The notes beneath the pieces are model-generated. The model searched no databases and was not told the origin of the DNA. It saw only the letters and a list, made by a program, of their open reading frames with translations. The translations under genes and the position numbers were made by a program. Below, one piece after another: positions 30,900-39,260 of a DNA stretch of 40,307 nucleotides. Position 1 is the stretch's first letter. Every line of letters begins with the position of its first letter. The DNA is taken from NCBI GenBank assembly GCA_945866285.1, contig CAMBHC010000001.1, positions 1 to 40,307 on the forward strand, written 5' to 3'. The DNA is from Candidatus Sulfopaludibacter sp. SbA3 (GTDB lineage: Bacteria > Acidobacteriota > Vicinamibacteria > Vicinamibacterales > UBA2999).

Positions 30900-32161
30900 T
30901 CCTTGACCCGGCGGGCACGAATCAGCGCCTGGATCTCGTCGTTGCGGCCGTTTTCAAAATAGAGCCGCTGCCGCCCGTCGGGGTCCTGCGACACGACGGC
31001 GGGAATCGAGCTGGCGACGACGGTCCACCCGGAGGGCAGCACCACGGCGTTCCTGGGGCGACCGAACGCCCGGTCCCAGACCAGTTCGTCTCCCTCGAGC
31101 AGATAGCGATTGGCATCGGTGTAGGTCTCGGTAATCCGCAGCCGCACCGACTGCCCCTGCTTCACGGCTGGGAATGAGATCACCACGATCTGCGTCGTGT
31201 CGGTGACCGGCTCGCCGGCATCGAGGCCGCGCTTCTTCAACTCCGCGCCGTTGAGCGTCTCGACCTTCAACACCTCACCCGTGTCCAACAAGACCGCTGA
31301 CGGATTCGACACCGAGCTGCCGGCGCGCACCACGTTGAAGTAGTGACCGACGCCCGGGCGCGACTCGGTGTAGTCGTGATACAGGCTGAACGAATGCGTC
31401 GTCGGGTCGTTGGGGAAGTAGACGATCTCGCGGTCCTGGTGCGCCCGATCCGACAGCCGTGAGGCCTGCGAGGCTATCGTCACTGGCGCTGAGGCACCGC
31501 GGGTCGTCGGCAACTTCTGGGTGAACGGCGCCAGCCCGGGCTTGGCGCGAATGACCAATGGCGCCGCGGCGGCGCTGGTGATCATGAACGTGATCATCAC
31601 GCGGCCATCGGCAGTGGCCATCACCTGCGACGGCACGTTGCAGCTGATCAACCGATAGCCCGCCGGCAGGACAACCGCATTGCGACGAATGCCGAGGGAG
31701 CGGTCAAAGACAATGGTGTCGCCATCGCGGAAGTAGCTCTTGGCGTCCTTGTAGGTCTTGTCGATCAGGACGCGGCCTTCGCCGCCCTTCGGCACCGGTC
31801 GAGCCAGGTAGACCTTGAGCCATTCGGTCTCGAGGTCAGCCGCTGGGTGTCCCTCGGCTCGCGCCTGCTTGCCGCTGACCACTTCCCACTTGAGCGGCTG
31901 CCCCGTCATCATGTCGACCACGCTCTCGTCGGTGGCCACGCTGCCGCGGCGAAGGGCGTTGAAGAAGTAGGGCGCGCCGGCGGTCGTCGCAGTGACTTCA
32001 TACAAGATTCGAAACTGCGCGCTGTCTGGGCCGAGCAATTCGTACCGCGTGTAGTCGTCTTCCTGGGTCTGGCGCTGGGGCGCCTGGGCGAACACCGCCG
32101 AGGAGCACAGCAACGCCAACATCAGGGCGAACGCCGCTTTGAATCTCATGCCCGGAATCAT
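30896..32161 (-). CDS. Secreted protein made of two tandem copies of an unrecognised ~190-aa domain
   Basis: Signal peptide MRFKAAFALMLALLCSSAVFAQA. The halves align: YFFNALRRGS..TGQPLKWEVVSG / HYFNVVRAGS..TGEVLKVETLNG, and FDRSLGIRRNAVVLPAGY / WDRAFGRPRNAVVLPSGW. The start is 32161 or 32149. Confidence 0.6.
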   Translation of the reverse strand: MIPGMRFKAAFALMLALLCSSAVFAQAPQRQTQEDDYTRYELLGPDSAQFRILYEVTATTAGAPYFFNALRRGSVATDESVVDMMTGQPLKWEVVSGKQARAEGHPAADLETEWLKVYLARPVPKGGEGRVLIDKTYKDAKSYFRDGDTIVFDRSLGIRRNAVVLPAGYRLISCNVPSQVMATADGRVMITFMITSAAAAPLVIRAKPGLAPFTQKLPTTRGASAPVTIASQASRLSDRAHQDREIVYFPNDPTTHSFSLYHDYTESRPGVGHYFNVVRAGSSVSNPSAVLLDTGEVLKVETLNGAELKKRGLDAGEPVTDTTQIVVISFPAVKQGQSVRLRITETYTDANRYLLEGDELVWDRAFGRPRNAVVLPSGWTVVASSIPAVVSQDPDGRQRLYFENGRNDEIQALIRARRVKE

Positions 32162-32196
32162 AGCGCGGACCCAGAGCGGGCCGCCACGTCCGCCGG

Positions 32197-33120
32197 TCAG
32201 CGGGTGCTGGCCCTCACCCATTCGACAATCCGCTCGTCTGGCATCAGCGCCTGCGCGGTCATCAGGTAGGACAGACCCTCGAGGCGCTTGCGAAGGCCCT
32301 GCTCGATGCCGCCGAACGACATCAGGTGCGGCACGATCAACACGGTGCGACCCGCCGCGACCTGCTGTTCGACGCGGTCTCGCAAGTCCTTGGTTGCGGC
32401 CTCACGCATGACCGCACCGGCATCGTCGCGAACGGTCATGTAGTCGACCGATGCAAAGGGTGCGGCGGCCCGAACCTGCTCGGCCAGCACCTTCATGTCG
32501 TTGAGCCATCGGCGGTTGTCGTCATCCGGCACAGGGCCGTGGGCGACAAGAATCACGGCTTCGCTCTCTGGCGTTTGGCTGATCGATCGCGCGCGGTCGG
32601 CGACGATCTGCGCGATGATCGGGTGGCGATTGAACGCCGGCGTCATGCGAACGGGGACCGATCTCGTAACCGGCGAGGTCGGGTCAACCGCCGGCAGATG
32701 CGCGGCGTGTTCGCCGGCCGCCGCCGGTGCGCCGTGCGACGAGTGGTTCATCTTCGCAAACAGCTTGAGGTCGGCAGGCGGCTCGGCCCGCAGGCCGAGC
32801 AGGTACTCGGTCGAGGTGATCACCGAGCTGTGCGACGAGACAAATAGCGGTACGGCCACGATCGAGGTCACTCCGCGGGCGGTCAGTTTGTCGACGGCGG
32901 CCTGGATCGACCCCCGCGAGGCCATGCCAAACGCCACCTCCGTCGGTTGGGTCTGGTCCACGATCTTGGCGACGGCGGTCACTCGCTCATTCCACTGCGA
33001 GGCACCGCCGTGCGCCAGCAGTAACACACCGGTCTGACCGGGGGGCTGCGCGTTGGCACCGACCGCCGCAGAAAGAACCAGCACAAGAACCGTCGCGACC
33101 ACTCTCATCGTTTTCTCCAT
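32197..33120 (-). CDS. Periplasmic CbiX/SirB-like (class II chelatase fold) protein with a His-rich insert
   Basis: Signal peptide MRVVATVLVLVLSAAVGANAQ. Two CbiX-like halves (VLLLAHGG..IVAVPLFVSSHS and VILVAHGP..VLIVPHLMSFGG). Insert NHSSHGAPAAAGEHAAH. Confidence 0.55.
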   Translation of the reverse strand: MEKTMRVVATVLVLVLSAAVGANAQPPGQTGVLLLAHGGASQWNERVTAVAKIVDQTQPTEVAFGMASRGSIQAAVDKLTARGVTSIVAVPLFVSSHSSVITSTEYLLGLRAEPPADLKLFAKMNHSSHGAPAAAGEHAAHLPAVDPTSPVTRSVPVRMTPAFNRHPIIAQIVADRARSISQTPESEAVILVAHGPVPDDDNRRWLNDMKVLAEQVRAAAPFASVDYMTVRDDAGAVMREAATKDLRDRVEQQVAAGRTVLIVPHLMSFGGIEQGLRKRLEGLSYLMTAQALMPDERIVEWVRASTR

Positions 33121-33128
33121 GACCGGCG

Positions 33129-34286
33129 TTACGCCGCTTGAAGTCCTTGCACGTCGGGCGAACGGCGCCGGCGAAGCCACGCCGTGAACCGGCGGAACGC
33201 CAGGGCGATGCCGGTGTAGACGAGAACCACGCCGCCGGCTGATACGATCCCGGCAATGGTCTGACCGGTGAGACCGTAAATTTCTCCGGTGTGAGCGAAC
33301 CGCAACCACGAGCGCAAGCGCCGGCCAGCCGACAAGTCTGAGAACTTCTCCGACTTCTCGATCTCCCCAGTTCGACTCACCGTCAACGTGTCGCGCTTCT
33401 GCGGCTGTCCGCTATAGCCTTCATCGACCGTAAAGACAAACGGTGCCCGCGGTCCGCCAGTCAGCCGCACAGTAATGGTTCGCCACGCCGGAACCCGTTC
33501 CTGCGCGCGAGCATAGGCCGCGTCGAGACCGTCAACAGGAACACTCTCGGCGCGAGGAGGAACGGCGGGCCGCGCTCCTTGAGCCGGCGCGGGAGGTGCC
33601 TCGCCCACCAGCCGGTAGACCAGGTTGCTTGCCCACGGATACGAGATCGGCACGGCTCCGGCCACGACGACCGCCAGTGGCACCGCCGACCAGAAGCCGA
33701 TCACGTTGTGCCAGTTGAAGTCGCGGGCCTTACCAGGCAGTCCTCCGCGGAACCACAGCACGTTCTTGAACTGAAGCCACGTCCACACCCGCGGGAACCA
33801 CAGGTAGATGCCGCTCAAGACGATGAACAGGAAGCCGAGATTCGCAGCGCCAGTGATGGCTCGTCCGGTTGCGCGGCTGGTGCCATCGAGAGCCAGGTAG
33901 CGATGCCACACCGTCATGGTGCGGAAAAAATTGCGCAGGCCGGCTGGTGGTTCGCCGACGATCGTGCCCGTGTAAGGATCGATGAGAAGGGACTTGTTGC
34001 CCTGGAACGTCACCGTGGCGGGCGCGGCGGCGGGCGCGCGCAGGGTGAAGCCAGTTGGTGCCAGCCCCGGCTGGGCTGCGGCCGCTTTCGCCAGCAGCGT
34101 CTCTGGCGGGAGGTGCCGGGCGCCAACCAGGGACGGCGCCGTCCAGGCGCCGCGGTCCGCCCACTCGAGCATTTGCTTCTCGTAGGTGAGGGCCACGCCC
34201 GTGATCGACATGATGAGGACCACAACCCCGGCAACAACGCCGCAGACCAGGTGCATCCAGAAAACGACCGAACGAAAGAGTCTCAT
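33129..34286 (-). CDS. PepSY-associated TM-helix protein (PiuB/FoxB-like inner-membrane protein)
   Basis: MRLFRSVVFWMHLVCGVVAGVVVLIMSITG, WHRYLAL, NWHNVIGFW, FAHTGEIYG. This is the typical PepSY_TM layout with conserved His residues. Confidence 0.8.
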   Translation of the reverse strand: MRLFRSVVFWMHLVCGVVAGVVVLIMSITGVALTYEKQMLEWADRGAWTAPSLVGARHLPPETLLAKAAAAQPGLAPTGFTLRAPAAAPATVTFQGNKSLLIDPYTGTIVGEPPAGLRNFFRTMTVWHRYLALDGTSRATGRAITGAANLGFLFIVLSGIYLWFPRVWTWLQFKNVLWFRGGLPGKARDFNWHNVIGFWSAVPLAVVVAGAVPISYPWASNLVYRLVGEAPPAPAQGARPAVPPRAESVPVDGLDAAYARAQERVPAWRTITVRLTGGPRAPFVFTVDEGYSGQPQKRDTLTVSRTGEIEKSEKFSDLSAGRRLRSWLRFAHTGEIYGLTGQTIAGIVSAGGVVLVYTGIALAFRRFTAWLRRRRSPDVQGLQAA

Positions 34287-34295
34287 GGGTTCAAG

Positions 34296-34312
34296 TTGAG
34301 ACTTAGTCTCAA
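34296..34312. promoter_or_regulatory. Inverted repeat TTGAGAC-TTA-GTCTCAA in the divergent PepSY_TM / pxpA promoter region
   Basis: 7-bp perfect arms, flanked by direct repeats of TCAAGTT (34291-34297 and 34309-34315), in an AT-rich island. Confidence 0.3.
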
Positions 34313-34359
34313 GTTAGGAACCAGCATATTGCCGACTAAAATGGTCGGTCAAGGACATA

Positions 34360-35121
34360 ATGAGAATTGATCTCAACTCTGACCTCGGCGAGTCATTCGG
34401 CCCCTGGCCGATGGGTGACGACGCCGCCCTGATGGCGAGCATTTCCTCGGCGAATGTCGCGTGCGGCTTCCACGCCGGCGATCCCGGCATCATGCGAGCC
34501 ACTGTGGCGCTGGCCAAGGCGAGCGGTGTCGCAGTCGGCGCCCATCCCGGCTTTCCGGACCTCGTCGGCTTTGGCCGGCGCGAGATCAAGGCGACGTTGC
34601 AGGAAGTGGAAGACTTCGTGGTCTACCAGGTGGCCGCGCTCGCGGGCATTGCTGCCAGCCAGGGTGTGCGCCTCCAGCATGTCAAGGCGCATGGTGCGCT
34701 CTACAACATGGCGTGCCGCGATCGCGCGCTTGCCGATGCCATTGCCCGTGCCGTCGCCGCCATCGACAAGAAGCTCATTCTGTTTGGATTGCCGAACTCG
34801 GAACTGATCACCGCCGGCCTGCACGCCGGGTTGCCGGTGGCGGCTGAAGTATTTGCCGACCGCGCCTACGAAGCCGATGGCTCGCTGGCCTCACGCCAGA
34901 AAGCCGGGAGCGTGATTCACGATCCGGCGGCGGTAGTCGTACGCGCCATCAGGATGGTGCGCGAACGACAGGTCGTCGCGCTCGATGGATCAGTGATCGC
35001 GCTCGAGGCCGACACCATCTGCCTGCACGGTGATACCGCCGGGGCCGCTGATCTGGCGCGCGCGGTGCGGGCCGGGCTTGCAGCGGCCGGGATTGAGATT
35101 CGCAGCTTCGGACAAACCTAA
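34360..35121 (+). CDS. pxpA: 5-oxoprolinase subunit A (LamB/YcsF family)
   Basis: IDLNSDLGESFG, NVACGFHAGDP, AHPGFPDLVGFGRR, KAHGALYN. Confidence 0.9.
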   Translation: MRIDLNSDLGESFGPWPMGDDAALMASISSANVACGFHAGDPGIMRATVALAKASGVAVGAHPGFPDLVGFGRREIKATLQEVEDFVVYQVAALAGIAASQGVRLQHVKAHGALYNMACRDRALADAIARAVAAIDKKLILFGLPNSELITAGLHAGLPVAAEVFADRAYEADGSLASRQKAGSVIHDPAAVVVRAIRMVRERQVVALDGSVIALEADTICLHGDTAGAADLARAVRAGLAAAGIEIRSFGQT

Positions 35122-35130
35122 CGGTTTGTC
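35111..35130 (+). terminator. Hairpin GACAAACC-TAAC-GGTTTGTC at the pxpA stop
   Basis: 8-bp perfect stem. The TAA stop (35119-35121) lies in the loop. There is no U-tract, so terminator function is uncertain. Confidence 0.35.
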
Positions 35131-35150
35131 CCCACGCGCCGGACGTGAAA

Positions 35151-35206
35151 CCTGTCACGTCAAGCTGCGGCTGTGACGCCTGTCACTCCAGTCTGCGGCT
35201 GTCATT
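35151..35206. repeat. Two tandem 28-bp units (CCTGTCAC..CTGCGGCTGT..), 21/28 identical
   Basis: Copy 1 is 35151-35178 and copy 2 is 35179-35206. Copy 2 overlaps the stop of the MacB-type permease gene. Confidence 0.5.
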
Positions 35207-36437
35207 CGTGACGCATCGCGTCGACCGGCTCCAATCGGGCGGCCTTCATCGCCGGGTAAAGACCAAACAGGATCCCGACACTCACCGACACGAAGAACCC
35301 CAGGGCCACTGCAGTCGTGGAGACGTGCGTGCTCCAACCGGCGTAGACCGCGATGCCGGCCGAGACCACCGCGCCCACGGCGATGCCCACCAGCCCGCCG
35401 CCGACCGTCATCAGCAACGTCTCGACCAGGAACTGCATGGTCACGTCACGGCGACGCGCGCCAGCGGTGCGGCGGACGCCGATCTCGCGGGTGCGCTCGA
35501 CCACCGAGGTCAACATGATGTTCATGATGCCGATGCCGCCAATCAGCAGCGCCAACGCCGCCACGCTGCCGACGACCACGCTGAACGTTCGTTGGGTCCG
35601 ATAACGCTGCGCCAGCAGTTCGCGCGGCACGACGAGCGTGAACTCGTCGGCGTCGCGGGTCTGACGCAGCAGCCGGCGAAAGACCTCCCCCAGTTCCTCG
35701 GAGCGTTCGCCGTCATCCACCTGGATCCAGATTTCATCGACCGGTTGATTCGGCGACACCTCGAAAGTGTGGCCGGTCAAGGTCGGTAGCGGGACGAAGG
35801 CCGCGCGATTGATTTGGTGCCACCCCATGCTGCTGCCGGCCTTGGGGTCCATGCCCTGCTCCCGGAGCACGCCCACCACCCGATAGTGATCGGCCGCGAT
35901 GGTGATGGTCTCGCCGATCGGATCACGAAAGCCGAACAGCTCCCTGGCCAGGCCCGGCCCAATCGTCGTCACGCGCGCGACCGACGCCTCGTCGCTGGCC
36001 GAGATGAAGCGCCCACGCGCGATGGCCAGACGAAGAATTCCCTGGAACGCCGGCGTGACCCCCAGGACCTGTCCCGTCAACGACTGCGGCGCGTGACCAA
36101 GCTTCAGGTAGCGCGACACGACCGGCGACCCCAGCGTCGCGGTCGGCACCAGTGACACGGCCCGTGACGCATCGGCGGCCGCGAGGCTTCGCTTCATGGT
36201 GCCACGCGCGTTCAGGCCTCCCGTGCTTTGCGCCACCAGGTTGTCGAGGCCAAGCGCATCCACTTGTGCCAGCGCTTCGCGCGCGGCGCCTTCGCTCACC
36301 GACATCATGGCGATCACCGCGGCGACGCCCAGGACCACGCCGGTCACGCTCAACGCCGTGCGCAGCCGGTAACGGCCCAGCGCTTCGGTTGCGATCCGCA
36401 GGTACTCGGTGAGTTCAGCGAGGTTGAAGGGCATCAC
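35202..36437 (-). CDS. MacB-type ABC transporter permease (MacB periplasmic core domain + FtsX), without a fused ATPase
   Basis: 411 aa. Begins directly with TM1 (LRTALSVTGVVLGVAAVIAMMSV), then a large periplasmic domain and the C-terminal FtsX segment GGIGIMNIMLTSVVERTREIGVRRTAGARRRD. Confidence 0.85.
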   Translation of the reverse strand: MMPFNLAELTEYLRIATEALGRYRLRTALSVTGVVLGVAAVIAMMSVSEGAAREALAQVDALGLDNLVAQSTGGLNARGTMKRSLAAADASRAVSLVPTATLGSPVVSRYLKLGHAPQSLTGQVLGVTPAFQGILRLAIARGRFISASDEASVARVTTIGPGLARELFGFRDPIGETITIAADHYRVVGVLREQGMDPKAGSSMGWHQINRAAFVPLPTLTGHTFEVSPNQPVDEIWIQVDDGERSEELGEVFRRLLRQTRDADEFTLVVPRELLAQRYRTQRTFSVVVGSVAALALLIGGIGIMNIMLTSVVERTREIGVRRTAGARRRDVTMQFLVETLLMTVGGGLVGIAVGAVVSAGIAVYAGWSTHVSTTAVALGFFVSVSVGILFGLYPAMKAARLEPVDAMRHE

Positions 36438-37800
36438 TACGCGCCGGGGCCCTGGCCGGCACCCCGGGCTCCGTCAGCATGACGCGATCACCCTCTCGCA
36501 CCCCGCTCGTCACTTCGGCCAGGCGATCGTTGGCCTGGCCAATCTCGACCGGTCGCGCCTCGGATCCCGAGAAGGTCTCCAGGTAGACCACCTGGTGGCC
36601 ATCCTTGTTGAAGATGGCGGTCACCGGCACCAACAGGACGTTCTGCCGGCTGCCGACGACCACGTCGGCGCGAATCGACATCTCGGGTCGCAATTCAGCC
36701 GTCGTGGGGTCGAGCGTGATGATCAAGTCAAACCGCTTGTCATCAAACGGGCGGGCCGCCGAGGCACTGGCAAGCGCGCCGACACGAGTCACCTTGCCGG
36801 TCAGCTTCAGGTTCGGGAACGCCTCGACGCGCACCACGGCCGCCTGGCCGGGGCTGACCCGGTGCACTTCTGCTTCGCTCACCGACGCTTCGACGAGCAT
36901 ACGGTTGACTTCCGGGATCGTGACGATGCCCTGCGTGGCAAACACCCGGTCGCCCACCCGCAGCTTGCGGCGCGGGTTGGCGGTCAGCAACTCTTCATAG
37001 ACCACCATGCCTGGGCCGCGCGCGCGCATGGTGCAGCCATCGATGAGGCGTGCCAGGCTGTTCACGCGCAGGTCGGTCTCGTGCACGCGCGTGCGGGCGA
37101 GGCCGAGTTGCGACGCCTTTTGCGAGAGTTGCAGGGCGGCCCGCTTCTGTTCGCGCGGATGCGAGAGCTGCACCACCACGTCGGCCCGCCGCCGGGCGAG
37201 ATTCAAGTCATCTTCGGCCTGCTCGAGCTGGTCGCTGGTCCGCGCCAGTTCGTCGCGCGTGATGAACCCCTTGTCGAGCAACGGCCGCAGGCTGGCGTAT
37301 TCCTCGCGCAGACGCTCGGCCTTCTTCTGCGCGCGCAGCAAGGTCGTGCGCGCCTCCTCAACGGTCAACGCGCCTTCACCTTCGGTGACCGCCTTGACCT
37401 CGGCACCGGCTTCGTCCCATTCCCCTTCGGCGACTTGCTGGTCCATCTGCGCCTGGCGCAGTTCCTGCCGGAGCCGCGCGAGTTCGACTTCCAGGTCGGT
37501 GGTGTCAAGCCTCACGAGGAGGTCCCCTTCGTTGATCTTGCTGCCCTCCGGGGCCAACTCACGAATCTCGATGTCGCGACCGGGAATCGGCGACCGGTAG
37601 GTGATCGACTGAATCGGCTTCAGCGTGCCGCTCGACGTCAGCGTGGCGGTGAGTTCGCCTCGGGTCACGGTCGCCGTCAACGGCGCGTCGGCAGGGCTGC
37701 GCCACAGTGCCATGACGAGCAGGGCCGCCGACAGCACGGCGGCAATGGACCACTTGACCGCGGGCCCGGCCACGCGATTCGTGTTGGCGGGTTTCGTCAC
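36415..37800 (-). CDS. HlyD-family periplasmic adaptor (membrane fusion protein)
   Basis: N-terminal TM anchor, lipoyl-like hairpins (KINEGDLLVRLD), a long coiled coil and a beta-barrel domain. The GTG start overlaps the TolC stop (GTGA). Confidence 0.85.
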   Translation of the reverse strand: MTKPANTNRVAGPAVKWSIAAVLSAALLVMALWRSPADAPLTATVTRGELTATLTSSGTLKPIQSITYRSPIPGRDIEIRELAPEGSKINEGDLLVRLDTTDLEVELARLRQELRQAQMDQQVAEGEWDEAGAEVKAVTEGEGALTVEEARTTLLRAQKKAERLREEYASLRPLLDKGFITRDELARTSDQLEQAEDDLNLARRRADVVVQLSHPREQKRAALQLSQKASQLGLARTRVHETDLRVNSLARLIDGCTMRARGPGMVVYEELLTANPRRKLRVGDRVFATQGIVTIPEVNRMLVEASVSEAEVHRVSPGQAAVVRVEAFPNLKLTGKVTRVGALASASAARPFDDKRFDLIITLDPTTAELRPEMSIRADVVVGSRQNVLLVPVTAIFNKDGHQVVYLETFSGSEARPVEIGQANDRLAEVTSGVREGDRVMLTEPGVPARAPARSDALQPR

Positions 37801-39260
37801 TGGTTCAGTTTGATCGGTGGCACGGCCGACATCGAGTCAGTCAGGTCGGTGCGCGGATTGAAGATACCAAGCAGGGCGCGCAACCTCAGCTTGGCCACGG
37901 CCGAGTCTGCCAACGCCTGGATGCGCCGGCCTTCGGCGGCCAGCAGGCCACTTTCGGCCGTCACGACATCGAGGTTGTTCGACAGGCCCGTCTGGTATCG
38001 CATCTGGGCCACTTCAACTTCCCGCCGGCCAATTTCCACACTGGTTTCAGCAGAGATCACTCCACGCAGCAATCGATCACGTTCCCGAAGTGCCTGCTTC
38101 ACATCATCGGAAATCTGGCGCTCGAGCGTCGCGACTTCACGGCGGCGCTGATCGCGATCGAGCACCGCCGACTGGTAGTCCACCTGTTGCGCCGTGCGAT
38201 CGACGGGCATGGCAATGGTGAAGAAGGTGGCGAACTGGTAGCCATCCATGGCAAAACTGGTGCGGAAGGAGTCGGCGGTCTCGCGCCGGGTGAGGGCCAA
38301 GTTGACGTCCACCTGCGGCAGCAGTTGGTTCTTCGTGAATCGAATCTGGTTCTCGGCATCGTCGCGCAACGCCACGCGACTGCGCAGGTCGAGGCGGTTA
38401 CCGAGGGCCAACGTCGTGGCCTGGACCGCGTCGATCGGTTCTCTTTCAGGACGCGGAATGTCGGCACGCACCTCAATGCGCTCGGAGGTCGGCCGGCCCA
38501 TCAGGAAAGTCAGTCGGTCGCGCGCGTCTTCGACGCCGGCCTGGGAGTCGAAGAACTGGCTTTCGGCCTGTGTCACCAGTTGCTGGGCGCGCAACACATC
38601 AAGCTGTGACACGAGGCCGGCATCCAACTTGGCCTCCGAGGCATCGCGTAGGCGGCGAGAGCGATCGAGACTCTGCCTCGCGACGTCGACGAATGACTGC
38701 TGCGCCACGACCCGGTAGTAGGCGGCCGCGACATCCACGGCAACTTGCTGCTCGGCCAGTGTCTGCTGCCGATTGGCGTCGGTGCGCCGCAACTCGGCGC
38801 TCGTCAACGAGCGACGGGCGACGCTTGAACCAAAGCCCCGCAGCAGCGGCTGCGTCACCGACAGCGTGGTGTCAGCATTGTAGAAAAGCACATCGGCTTC
38901 TGACAGTCGGCTCTGGTTTGGAATCTGGGACGAAGCGGTGGCGACCGACAACCGCAGGTCGGTGCCGGTCGTGAGTTTTTGCGACACGTCGACGCGATAG
39001 GTCTGGCTGCTGATGTCGGTGCGGCCGAAGGAGCCAAAGATGTTCGGCGTCACCTTGGGCTTGAACGTGTTGCGCGCGAGGCGCAATCCCAGGTCGGCCT
39101 GAGCGGTGGTATCGGCCTGGTTGATGAGCCGTTCGTTCTGCCCCAACGCTTCGTTGACTGCCTGCTCGAGCGTCAGGATCTGCGTGGTCTGGGCGGCGGC
39201 CGGCGAGGCCGCGAGCCATCCGCCAAGGGTCCACGTGGCAACAAGCTTCGCTCGTTTCAT
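37797..39260 (-). CDS. TolC-family outer-membrane efflux protein
   Basis: Signal peptide ..WLAASPAAAQ. Two repeats of the TolC helical/beta motif (LTLEQAV.., AEL.R....., QLDVLRAQQ..). The start is ATG 39260 or GTG 39263. Confidence 0.85.
   Translation of the reverse strand: MKRAKLVATWTLGGWLAASPAAAQTTQILTLEQAVNEALGQNERLINQADTTAQADLGLRLARNTFKPKVTPNIFGSFGRTDISSQTYRVDVSQKLTTGTDLRLSVATASSQIPNQSRLSEADVLFYNADTTLSVTQPLLRGFGSSVARRSLTSAELRRTDANRQQTLAEQQVAVDVAAAYYRVVAQQSFVDVARQSLDRSRRLRDASEAKLDAGLVSQLDVLRAQQLVTQAESQFFDSQAGVEDARDRLTFLMGRPTSERIEVRADIPRPEREPIDAVQATTLALGNRLDLRSRVALRDDAENQIRFTKNQLLPQVDVNLALTRRETADSFRTSFAMDGYQFATFFTIAMPVDRTAQQVDYQSAVLDRDQRRREVATLERQISDDVKQALRERDRLLRGVISAETSVEIGRREVEVAQMRYQTGLSNNLDVVTAESGLLAAEGRRIQALADSAVAKLRLRALLGIFNPRTDLTDSMSAVPPIKLNQ

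Noticed and set aside
36409-38151. 580-aa + strand ORF spanning the HlyD and TolC genes in antisense
   Set aside because: It is the longest ORF in that region, but it crosses a gene boundary on the other strand and has an Arg/Gly/His/Leu-rich composition without motifs. It is a GC-driven open frame.
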